From the human T2T-CHM13v2.0 reference genome, Homo sapiens, in NCBI RefSeq assembly GCF_009914755.1, contig NC_060937.1: 64,000 nucleotides of DNA, one strand, 5' to 3'. A program made the translations under genes and the position numbers. The notes under the pieces were generated by a model. It did no database searches. It was not told the origin of the DNA and was given only the letters and a program-made list of their open reading frames with translations. Of this stretch, positions 52,930 through 64,000 are shown one piece after another (positions within the stretch are counted from its first letter, which is position 1; each line of letters opens with the position of its first letter).

Positions 52930-53790
52930 TTTTGTTAAGTCAGGTTTATGGAGGTATAATTTACATACAGAACTTATTTTTAGGTGTATAGTTAAAAAAA
53001 AATTTGACAAATGAGGGACCCACCATGTAAGGGACCCACAATGAACATATAGAATATTTTTCTCACTCCAAAGAGTTCCCTTGTGTCCTTTATAGTCAAT
53101 CTCCTTCCATAATCACTAGCCTCTGTCAATCACAGATCTGATTTCTGTTTTTATAGCTTTGCCTTTTCCAGAATGTCATGTAAATGAAGTTGTACAATAT
53201 GTGATCTTCTGAGATTGGCTTTTAAAATTCAACATCATGCCCTTGAGATCCAGCCAAGTTGTTGTCTACCAATGCTTCTTCCTTTTAATTACTGAGTGGT
53301 GTTCGGTGGTGTGGATGCGCCATGGTTTGTTGAACTATTCACCTATTGAAAGACATTCCGGTTGATTGTAGCTTTTGTCTATTACAAGTAAAGTTACTAT
53401 GAAGAATCCTGTACTGGTTCTTGTGTGGATGTAAGTTTTCATTTCCTTTAGTAAATGTTCAAGAGTGCAATTGCTGGGTATGGCAAGTGTGTTTAGTTGT
53501 TTAAAAAGATTGGCTTTCATTCTTCAGCATGATGCATCTGGCAATCATCCATGTTGATGCATATATCACAGGTTTATTCATTTTTATTGTTGAGTAGGAT
53601 TCTCTTTGATGGATATATCACAGTGTGTGCACCCCATTCACTAGTTTGTGGGCATTTATTTGTTTCCAGTTTGGGGCTATTATGAGTAGAGCCTTTATAA
53701 ATATTCAAAGACAAGTTTGTTTGTTTTGCATGGGCGCGTGGTTTTATTTGCCTCAGGTAAACACTTAAATACTTAGGACTGGGATTTCCC
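52930..53790 (-). mobile_element. Old L1M (L1MC/ME) 3' fragments, two overlapping pieces
   Basis: GAGGTATAATTTACATACAG...TTTGCCTTTTCCAGAATGTCATG; an AGATTGGCTTT-initiated block occurs near 53212 and again near 53507. Confidence 0.75.
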
Positions 53791-54289
53791 TTGTATCTTG
53801 AGACACTGAAATTCTTGGCCTGCCATGGAGGATTTCACTAGCAGAAATCATAAAAGTGCTGTACTCAAACCATTGTGATTTAATTATTAAGCCATGGGAT
53901 GGGAAATATTAGGTAAACCATTCTACTTTCAAAAAATCTCAACTGGGCAAGTTCAACACAGAATATTTCTGGGCTTTCTCCTTCCACTGTGTCCATTATG
54001 TCCTGGGCCCAGTTTCCTGGGTCCAGCCTGGGGTTCCTCTTTCTTTACCTGGCTCTTGAGTTTCGGATCCTCAGCTCTGAGACGGGGAGAAATTCCTGAG
54101 CTCATTCTGCTTACATAATAGGCTTCTGGTTTCCATGGCTATGTGGTCTAGCAGTGTCAGCCCAGGGATGCTCCCACAGTGTCACTTTTGATGTCTTCCA
54201 GTTTCTGATTTCCAGGGTTCTTACACTCCCACCACTCCACTCCCTTTCCAGGTACCTGGTCTAAAATGGTTGGAGCATTTATTCTACCA

Positions 54290-54293
54290 TCTA

Positions 54294-54345
<52 letters not shown>
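54290..54345 (+). repeat. Compound tetranucleotide STR [TCTA]1[TCTG]3[TCTA]10
   Basis: Read directly from the sequence. Confidence 0.95.
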
Positions 54346-54347
<2 letters not shown>

Positions 54348-55441
54348 ATCTGTTTAAATTACTGCAACCCATGAGCTGAAATAATAAACCTTAATCCTCT
54401 TTAACTCTGTTAACACAATGGGAAAGATTTGCTCTTTAAATAATTAGTAGCAATGGTGTTTTTTAATGGAAGACCCATAGTCTGTTTACATTTCAAACTG
54501 CTTTGTAAAGAAGAAATTCTTAATGAACTCAAGCTCCAAATTTTAATTAACAGTCTCTAAAATGCATAGCATTTAACATCTTTTTTTTTCTCATTTTCTT
54601 ATCTAACATTCCCTTATCTTCATCATTGATTCAAGCATAAATGACATTTCAAAAGTATATTTAAATAATTAGCTTTCGGTAGTGTCAATGAAGGCCATAG
54701 AAAGACAAATCTGTGTTCAACCCTCACACCCATGAACAGGCCAGAAGACACTGGTTTAAAAATATAGTCTGGAGTATAGTCTGAAAATATTTTTAGGATG
54801 TTTGGTTAAGAGTGTTTGATGAAGTTAATAGTGGCAATTTTATTCCAAGAGTATAAGTAGGATAATACCAGCAGCATTCTTTACTGGTTTTATGAAAATT
54901 TAGAAGTTGCAGAGTGTTGTTTTGGGCTGGTTTCTAGCAGTTCTGTGCCTTATCCCTGCACCCCCAGGAAACAGTAGCAGAGACATCAGGGGTGGGGACA
55001 AGACAAGAGGCAGTGGCCATGACAGGTCTCCTGAGTCTTCCTTACTCATGATGAGGGCTTACTTTGGACCAGATCTAAGCTAGGTCTGGAACATCAGGCC
55101 AAGACTGATCATATAATAAAGCTGGTTTGGAGTTAAAACCAAACTTACATTGATAAGATCTGACACATTTTCATGCTACTTACAATAGTATTTGGTAAAA
55201 GAGATTGAGTCATCAATAGTAATCAGTACACATAAAAGACGGTCATAAATGTTCTTTAATGAAGTCATGTTTCAGCAGTTCTTTTCTTGATTCCCCAGTG
55301 TCTACGATAGTTTGCAGTGTCGAAAATGACCTCTACACCTTGTAAGTTTGGTATGTACGCTGTCTCCTGTAGCTTTAAAAAGGCTCTCAATGTGATTCCT
55401 AACATTCAGAGAACTCAAACTTGCCTACTCTGTGCCCCGAT

Positions 55442-55480
55442 CTCCTTCCACCAACCTCCTTCCACCAACCTCCTTCCACC
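55442..55480 (+). repeat. 14-bp tandem repeat CTCCTTCCACCAAC, about 2.8 copies
   Basis: Read directly from the sequence. Confidence 0.85.
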
Positions 55481-56468
55481 TCCCACAAAATAAGGAGTAT
55501 GGTCTCGTTCATCTACAAGGATTCTGGGGAAAAGATCGCCAGTGGTTTTCCCCTTACCAGCTGTGACTTTGCTGAGGAAACATACTGAGTTGCAGAAGAT
55601 GATGGATCAATGTTGACTGGAATTACATGGAGGGTGATAGATCAGGAGGAGGCTATGAGTGTCTGAAAGGAATGCATAATGGCCTCAGGTGGCATTACCA
55701 CCCAACACTGCCTATCCCACCTGTTTTATCTTCCACATCTACCTTGTACATTCTCCACCTTTCCCTATGCCAAAGACTTGACGCTGGATCCACAGAGGAA
55801 GCGGAATCAGTACCTCCAAGTTTCCCAGCTCAGACTGAACAGAGCATAAGTAGTCCTGCCCCAGGGTGCAGGAAGGTGGGGACTCAAGAGCCAGGTGGGA
55901 AACCCTCTTAGAAGTGCTTACAAGGTATGCACTTACTCCCAGCCCTGCCTCAGCCCTGCCCAAGTTTCAGGCTGACTGTAGGTGACCCCTGTCCTCTGGG
56001 GCACTACATTTTTCCTGGTTCCTTAGTTTGTGATCACATGTCTGCATGAGGAGAAAGTGGTAGCTCCCATGAAAGGAAAGTAAGAAAAAGGAGGGCTTTT
56101 CTTGTTTGTTAGTTTGATTTTCTTTTTTTCCCTTGTTAAAATTTTCTTAATGTATCTGGATTATATCATCCATGATGTAGTTTTTAGCATGCTTTTCTTT
56201 CTGTGTTCTTCAATTAATTTTTAACACATGACCAAAGATTTTAGAGGCACACAGATGAACCACATAACCCCATTTTATTAATATATTCAGAAAAATATTT
56301 TAGTTGACTCAATTCAAACTCAGCTATGAAATTGTTGTATTAAAGGGTAGTAATCAAAGTTATGGAAAAAAATCTGTTATGCATTAAGGGAATTCCTCGT
56401 GTCTCTCTTCAACTCATGATTAAGCAATTTATGTCATTCTGTAGAATTTGTAAATTGGCATTAAGCCT

Positions 56469-57677
56469 TCATCTTTGAATTTCAAAATTTTAGCCTTTAT
56501 CAAATTTCAGATCAAAAGGCATGAAATCTAACTTGACCTTCTCCAAGCACTAAATTCTCCTTCCATCTGAGTGAACTGAGCACTATATCTAGTCCTCTCC
56601 TTTAGATATAGGTATATTTAGGCCATTGTGCTATGAAAGTATTCTGTGACTAATCTGTCAAAAAGAGACAATATTGGTAATTTTGACATTATTTAGAAAT
56701 AATTAAATGCACCCCTTTGAAAATCACATATTGCAATATTTTCTCATTTTTACAGCTTTAAAATATATAATAGGATGAAACTTCTGCTTGTGTATATAAA
56801 CTTACAGCTAGTTTAAAGAAACTGTATGCAGCTAATATCTGTAAACTATTCCAGTTGCTTGATGGACATTTCCTACTTGAAGCATTGTCAGCGAACACTA
56901 TATATATGTACTCTGATACATATGAATTGATAATTGATACATTTGTATCACAGTCATATGCATGCATATATTTGCCCCTCTTCTAAATCCATGGCATTTT
57001 CCCTTGTGATTGATGGTTTTACCTTTATTCTTGTCACTGCAGTTTGAAAGTTCAGAGACTTTTCTTTCTCTACCTTCTGACTCCACTTTCTCCCTTGTCA
57101 CCCAGTAGGGCAATTCACCATCTCTCAAAGGTTCTTTCTCTTCATAATCCCTATCATTTACCCCGGCATTGCATTTTTTTTGTTCGAACTCAGACTCTCC
57201 TAACTTTCACCCAGAATTAGTGCATATGCTTCGGGAAGATGCTCCCTACCATGTCTCTCTATGAGCTGCTCTAGAAGCCTCCAGATTTTTGATGGACTCC
57301 ACTATTTTTTTGTAATGCTGTTTGCAAATCTTTAATGGTTCCTGTGGCAGAACTGAAAATGATGAAACTATTTTTACTCTCTCAGAAATGTGGAGATTCC
57401 AATTCTTGTTTTAGCTTTATTTTCAACTTTTCACCCTTATGTATCTTTGCTTCTGCCAAACTGATAAGTGCTTGAAATTATCCTATAACTTCTGCCTTTT
57501 TTCCATTTTTTTCTCAACTTAAAATTGAGAAATTTTTTCTCATCTTTGAATTTAAAATTTTTAGCTGTGATTAAATTTCAGATCAAAAGGCACAGAATCT
57601 CTAAGTACTAAATTCTCTTTATGTATGAGTTAACTTAGCACTTTGTCCATTCCTCTTTTTTAGATATAGGTATATTT
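56469..57677 (+). repeat. Diverged ~150-bp direct repeat pair (56469-56619 and 57540-57677)
   Basis: Shared collinear blocks TCATCTTTGAATTT, AAATTTCAGATCAAAAGGCA, ACTAAATTCTC and TTTAGATATAGGTATATTT. Confidence 0.9.
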
Positions 57678-58663
57678 CAGTGACTATCTTCTTTATCCTA
57701 CTTGGTAAACAGTATCAATGCAAAGTAACTTATTAAACTTGTAACCATCAAATGTCTAAATACAAAGCTTTGCATATAGCAAATTCCAAATAATAGATTT
57801 GAATGATTGAATACATTAGCAGATGAATGAATGATTGGATACATTAGCAGATGAATGAATGAATGAGTTCCTTTAACATGACAGGACCCTTGATATGCTC
57901 TGTAAATGCAACTGTAACCAAAACAGAGATGGCCCCTGTATTCATGAAGTTTATGGTCTATAGGGCAGAGGGAAAGGAAGAATACTGATTAAAGTCTCCC
58001 TTTCATCATAAGAGCATAATTATGTGGTGAGCCAACTGCTTTACATCAACTTTTCAGATACATTCAGATATTAAAAAGAGTACAGTGCAAGAATTGGGCT
58101 CAATGGGCCATAATGGGACAAAGATGGTCAAACTTAACTTACATGATCCAGTAATATGCTCCCTGGTCCTTCTCTGGCTTTAATATTCCCTGGGCATGGT
58201 CAGTGGTGTCTCCATATCCCAGGAGGAGAAGCACTGAATACTGATTTTCACTGCCTCTCAACTCTTTCTTACATGTGTGCACACTCAACCCCATGGCTAT
58301 GTCTTCATGACCAGGGATTTTATCTTCTACCTTTTTATGTCTTAGTTCACAGCCAAGTGCAGAGAGGACATTCAATGAATTCCTTGTTTATGAAGAATTG
58401 ACTGACTGAAGGGAATTGTTGTTCTCATTATAAGCACAGCACATACTGAACACAAAATATGAAGCTTTCTGATATCAGAAAATGTATTATTTAAAAATAA
58501 ATAATATATAATAAATATTCTATATAATACAAAATATAAACTCTTGTCCTACTTGTTGAAATAAGCTATACATTCAAAAGAGGGCAGAACTAGTTATGCC
58601 AAAGACATATGTCCTTTGGCACAAAGAAATCGATCTTTATGGATTTTTATATTACACGAGTCA

Positions 58664-59400
58664 CTTGGTTGCCACTGGCAGAAATCAACTCATAATGGTT
58701 TAAATACAAAAGGGAATGTATTGGCTTTTATATTTGGAAAATGGCCCTTATACTCAGAAAATCTGAATGCCAGTGGCTTCATGTATTGCTGGATCAGGGG
58801 TCAGGGGATTTGACTGATATTTTCCATTCTAATTCTCTCTCTCTCTCTCTCTCTGCATCTCTTTCTCTCTCTTTTTCTGTCTCAGAAGAGATTGACATTG
58901 ACAGCCATGATATCCTCATGGGCTGATATTTAAACAACAGAGAGGGCATTAAAAAAATATTCCAGTGTCCCAGGAAGGGGAACATCACACACCAGGGCCT
59001 GTTGTGGGATGGGGGGAGGGGGGAGGGATAGCATTAGGAGCTATACCTAATGTTAAATGATGAGTTAATGGGTGCAGCACACCAATATGGCGCATGGATA
59101 CGTATGTAACTAACCTGCACGTTGTGCACATGTACCCTAAAACTTAAAGTATAATAAAAAAAATTCCAGTGTCCATTTATCAAACTTAAAGGAAAGATCC
59201 TGAATTGTCCCACTAGGGCCAGGTCCTACACTGGAATCAGTCATTGATTGTCAGTGTCAGAGCCATTATGGTGGGCTCAGCCCAGTTCAGATTTCCAGTC
59301 CCGTGGGCAGTTGACTTGGACAATGTTTCTACTAACTTTCAGGACCACATGGAGTGACAGATATGAGGTGCTTCTCCAGGGGAAGGATGCTCCCAGAAAA
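58664..59400 (-). mobile_element. LTR33-like ERVL LTR interrupted by an L1 insertion
   Basis: CAGAAATCAACTCATAATGGTTTAAATACAAAAGGGAATGTATTGGCT...GGCTTCATGTATTGCTGGATCAGGGG resembles recalled LTR33; ends approximate. Confidence 0.5.
58971..59162 (+). mobile_element. ~190-bp 5'-truncated L1PA (L1PA4-like) 3' UTR
   Basis: CAGGAAGGGGAACATCACACACC...GTACCCTAAAACTTAAAGTATAATAAAA; TSD ATTCCAGTGTCC at 58959-58970 and 59163-59174. Confidence 0.95.
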
Positions 59401-60879
59401 AATAATGGAACACTCTAGATGGTTAATGAAAATGGCAGAATCTGTATAATGGAGTAGCAGGAAAATAGGAATAAGGATGGAAGATATATGGAAAAAGCTG
59501 ACTTTATTTTGAATACAAATTAGTATTAACCTTCAATAAGCAAGGTAGAACCATTGACTATTTCTATACCATTTCTATACCATTATTTGTATACCATTAT
59601 TCTGAATTGGTATAATAACAAACTTGTTTTTAAAGTCTACATAGTAGAGTGAAGTGGTGAGAGAATAAAGCCAAGGGTGTTTAATGCAATAATTAAGACT
59701 TGCAATGAGGAGGGTTCTTATGTTGGACACAGAGAAACTTATCTGTGAATTGGTTTCTGTGTTCTTGCATTGATCTTTAAATTGACCTTGCAGAATTTCT
59801 TTCATCTGAATGTGTCTTAGAAATTAATAAAAAGCGGAATGAAAATCATGAAAAACTATAAAATATATGTAAAACCTAAAAATGACAATAGAGATTTTAG
59901 CATCTTATTTTTCCCAAATGTATTTACAGTGAAAAGAAAAATAAAACAGGCATTGTAAAGCCAAAATTTAATATTAAATGTGAACTTTAGTTTTGTCTCA
60001 GGCCTTTTAGTACTGAAAATGTTTTATATCAAAAAATTAAATAGCAAATATTTTATATCAAAATAATATTTTAAATAAAATTATTGTCAAGACACATGAA
60101 AATCATGCATTTTTTTCAGTTTTACTTGCAATCATGAAATTTAAGTTACACACATACATACATACTTTTAAATTAAAAACAAAGAAATTTAAGAGAAATC
60201 ATTAATATAAAGTATATGCTCGTTAGTCTTGTATCTAAAATGTGTAATGTTCATTTTGCAATGTTGCTTCAGACTCAGACTAAAGGCATCCAGGAAGCTG
60301 CCTGAATGGAGCCAGCAAGGGCTTCTGTTTCTATAGGAGGGAATCCTGTCTGAGACTGTCTGAGCACCAGAGAATTTGCCTATTAAATACCTTTCTGGCA
60401 GGAACAGTGAGCTGAGTCTCTTCCAACCGGAATTGAAGATGTTGATCAAAGATGAAATATGTAGATATGGATTCAGAGCAGAAAGATCGTTCAACATTTG
60501 AGGGTTCAAAAATGTATATTTAGGGTAGAGCATCTAAATTTATTTTACTGAGTATAAAACCAAAGAGAACTTCTCTTTTGGGATATAGCCTGTTTGGGCC
60601 AGGAATCCAAGCTTGTCTGAGACTGTCTTAATTCCAAAGCATCATCCTCTCTTGGAAGAAATAGAGCAACAATTTGAGCTCTTACATCTTGAAGACGCTC
60701 AGTAGTGGAGGCATGGTGTTTAGAATGGCAGGGGCATTTAGGAAAAGACAGGTTCTGGTGTGCAGCATATGACGCTTCATCTGAAGGCATCTGGAAACAG
60801 CCATAGGAGGCAGTTCTGATCTTAAAGGGCCAGATTTTTTAGAGAAATTGTCATCTGATAAGTCAGTAGCTACGATGGG

Positions 60880-61060
60880 ATGTGCCAGACCCTTGGCTGA
60901 TGCTTCACATGCATTTTATCATTGGATCATCCCTGTGAGGTAGACACGAGACACAGAGAGGAAAAGGAATCTGCCCAAAGTCACACAAGCAATAAACGGT
61001 TGAGTGAAGATTTGGCACTGTGCAGTTGGTTCCCAGGGCAGGGCTTCAAATCAGCAGGCT
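60880..61060 (-). mobile_element. MIR
   Basis: TGCTTCACATGCATTTTATCATT...CCCTGTGAGGTAG...TGCCCAAAGTCACACA. Confidence 0.6.
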
Positions 61061-62071
61061 CTCCAGAGCCTGGATGTAGCTGGCTGGTCTCTGCAGGGAA
61101 CCTGGCCGGTGGGTGCCCTGCAGCACTCTGTGCGCTGGGGCCTTAGCACTTGGATATGACTTTGGAGCTGTCTGTGGCACAACCTGCAGGGCATAGTACA
61201 CTCTGTCAGCCATAGGTTTGACTGGACAGCTGGGTCTACTGGGATAATGAAGCAGAAACATCACATCATGAGGAGAAACTTCAGTTTTATTATTACCCTG
61301 AAACGAACCCTAGAAAGAATTATGACTGTAAATCTATATCCACTGAAAGCTTTTGATCATGACCAAATCACTTGTTGTTTACGAAATATGGTAAGGGAAA
61401 TAGTAAGTGTCAGAAAGCATAGATGGATGTGCAAAAAGTAAATATACCTTACATTATACAGTAATTTTTATGTCATGTGTATTGGTGTTATTTCCATTTT
61501 AAAGAGAAAATACTTACTACATTCTCTTACCAGATAAACATGCCCAAATAATTGGATGGAAACACAAGAAATGGCCTATTGATACATAATTTAAAGAATT
61601 AAGAGATAGCTGTAAACTAGTGAAATGAAAAATATTGTTGACTTTCTTGAGAAGAATTTAAATTATTTAGGTTTATTTCTCTGTCTTTCAGAGAAGTGTT
61701 TAGGTGCAGGATTATGTGTAGAACTAAATCCTCAAATATTTTAGGGCATAGCGTCTATATGTTGCACACATGTAATTTCTTTCAACTATTTATTGCTCTA
61801 TAAAGAGGGATATAGACCTGCAGCTTGATTACAAGGATGGTAAAATCCAACACATTTTAAAGACTTCAGTGCTTAAGGAGGGGTTATTTTTTTTAGGCTC
61901 TGGGGGAGTAGGTTGAAATTGATTATACTCTTGTCTTTGAGAATCCACATTGTTCCTTTGTTTCATCGTCATTGTATATGCAGTAAAAAAAAAGTCTTTG
62001 GAAGAGTGTTATAACAATGGATTCTGAGAATAAAACTTCTGCTAGAGGAGTTGTTAGGAGCACAGATACCA

Positions 62072-62120
62072 ATGTGTGTGTGTGTGCGCGCGCGCGCATG
62101 TGTGCGCGTGTGTGTGTGTG
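62072..62120. repeat. Compound (TG)7(CG)5-containing alternating purine-pyrimidine tract
   Basis: 49 nt of uninterrupted alternation. Confidence 0.95.
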
Positions 62121-62338
62121 AATGTGTCTGTGTGTCTACAGCACCTGCATGTAAGCATGCTAATTCCTGAACAACTATCTTTTGGCCTCTCAGAATTCCT
62201 AGCAAATACTTTTGTAAAATAGGGTAAACAATAAGTTTGTGACTACATTATTTGTGAAATACTTCAGCTATGTATATATGTTTTTAAAGCCCCATAATCT
62301 AGCTGCTTGTGTCTTATCACTTTCTTTCATGTTCCTAT

Positions 62339-63535
62339 AGTGGTAAGAACACATAACATAAAATGTACCATTGCAACCATTTTTAAGTGTACAGTTCAGG
62401 AATGTTAAGTATATTCTCATTGTTATGAAACAGATTTCCTGAACATTTCATTTTGTCATTCTGAAGCTCTGTACCCATTCAACGTCAACTCTCATCTTGC
62501 CTCAGTCCCTGGCAACCATCATTCTACTTTCTGCTTCTGAGTTTGACCTCTTTAGAAGCCTCATATAAGTGGAATCCTACAGTATTTATCTTTTAGTGAT
62601 CAGTTTATTTCACTTAAAAAGTGTCTTCAATATCCATCCATGTTGTGGCATGTACAAGAACCTCTTCCACTGTAGGCTGAATAATATTCCATTATACATG
62701 TATACCATGTTTTGTTTATCCATTCATCTATGGACATCTGCTTCCACTTCTTGGCAATTTTGAATAGAGCTTTTGTAAACGTGGGTATACAAATATCTCT
62801 CCAACACCCTGCTTTCAATTATTTTGATGTATACCCAGAAGTAGCATTGTCAGATCATATGATAGTTGAAGTTTTCATTTTTTGAGAATACTCCAAACTG
62901 TTTTTCACAATGGCTGCACCACTTTACAATCCCAACAGTGAACAAGTGTTACAATTTCTCTACATCCTCACCAATGCTTTGTATTTTCTGTTTCTTTGAT
63001 AGTAGCTATTCTCTCAGATATGAGGTCATAACCTGTTGTGGTTTTGACTTGCATTTCTCTGATGATCAATGATGTTGAGCATATCTTTATATGCTTGTTG
63101 GGAATTTGTATATCATCTTTGGAAAAATATCTATTCAAGTCCTTTTCCCATTTTTAATCAGATTATTTGATTTTTTGTTGCTGAGTTCTAAGAGTTCTTT
63201 ATGTGTTCTAGATATTAATCTCCTATTAGGTGTATAAGGGTAAATATTTTCTCCCATTCTGTAAGCTGCCTTTTCACTGTGATGCTTATGTACTTTTATG
63301 CACAGAAGTTTTTAAGTTTGATGTAGTCTCATTCGTCTATTTTTGCTTTTTCTGTCTGTGCTTTTGGTGTCATAGCTAGAATTCATTGCCAAGTCCAATG
63401 TCATAAATGTCATAAAGATTTTTTCCCTGTGTTTTTTTCTAAGAGTTTTACAATTTTAGGTCTTCAATCCATTTTGAATTAATTTTGTATATAATGTAAA
63501 ATAAGTCCAATTTTATTTTTTTGCATGTATGTTAT
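62339..63535 (-). mobile_element. L1MB-like 3' portion
   Basis: GGTAAGAACACATAACATAAAATGTACCAT...TTTAAGTGTACAGTTCAG 3' end; the 62627-62818 ORF resembles the ORF2p C-terminus (ALFKIAKKW...WINKTWY..MEYYSA). Confidence 0.88.
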
Positions 63536-63757
63536 TTTTGTTCTTTTATTATTATTTTTCAGTTTTGAAAACTGGTATCATTTAGTATGTTCAATCTTTG
63601 ATAACATTTGTTTGTATTAAAATATATTCTTCCCCCGGTGTAAAACATGAATGTTGTTAGAAAATGGAAGAGGATATATATGCTTATATGCACACACACA
63701 CATGCATATATATACATATATATATATGTGTGTATATATATATATATTCTTATATAG

Positions 63758-64000
63758 ACTGTGTCCCCTAGAAGCAGAGAATGAAGAGTCAGGTGCACAT
63801 TCCTATGTATTGAGACAGCTCAACAGAGAAAACCCATAAGGGAGTGAAGGAAGCAGGGCATAGAACAGAAAAGAGCAGAAAAACTATGTAGTCTTTGGCA
63901 GAGTCTATTATCATTCCAATCCACTTTGCTTTAGGGTACAAGTCACAGCATGGAGTGTCTCTGCTTGAGTCAAGGGGACATGTTTTTGTATCCTTGTGTA
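63758..64000. mobile_element. Old MLT1-like LTR fragment, cut by the window edge
   Basis: CCCCTAGAAGCAGAG...GGGAGTGAAGGAAGCAGG motifs; follows a TA/CA low-complexity tract at about 63675-63755. Confidence 0.4.

Noticed and set aside
55442-57865. Short direct repeats considered as a CRISPR-like array
   Set aside because: Only 2-3 copies, no regular unique spacers, no cas genes, and a primate intronic context.

Overview
This is primate (human-like) genomic DNA, AT-rich and dense in repeats. It is not prokaryotic and has no CRISPR, rRNA or tRNA genes. I recognise it as the 5' end of MYO16 (myosin XVI, human 13q33) on the + strand. A 28-nt coding segment at 39790-39817 reads MSHYHFIKC and is followed by GTAAGT, matching the long-isoform N-terminus as I recall it (MSHYHFIKCCCFQLC...). 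A probable non-coding alternative first exon ends at a GTAAGT donor at 6256/6257, about 33.5 kb upstream. The next shared exon lies beyond the window. The rest is intron or upstream sequence: Alus, L1, L2/MIR, MER5/MER44 DNA transposons, MaLR/ERVL LTRs (including a full LTR-int-LTR THE1D element) and microsatellites. Almost all ORFs in the supplied track are repeat-derived or chance. I see no new multi-gene system. The best leads concern 5'-end choice in MYO16: a tandem donor that would put an upstream ATG in frame, a uORF chain in one first exon but not the other, and a sense THE1D LTR with a strong donor and a phase-compatible ATG. Several clear mutational scars are also visible. Repeat subfamily calls are from memory of consensus sequences and need RepeatMasker/Dfam confirmation.
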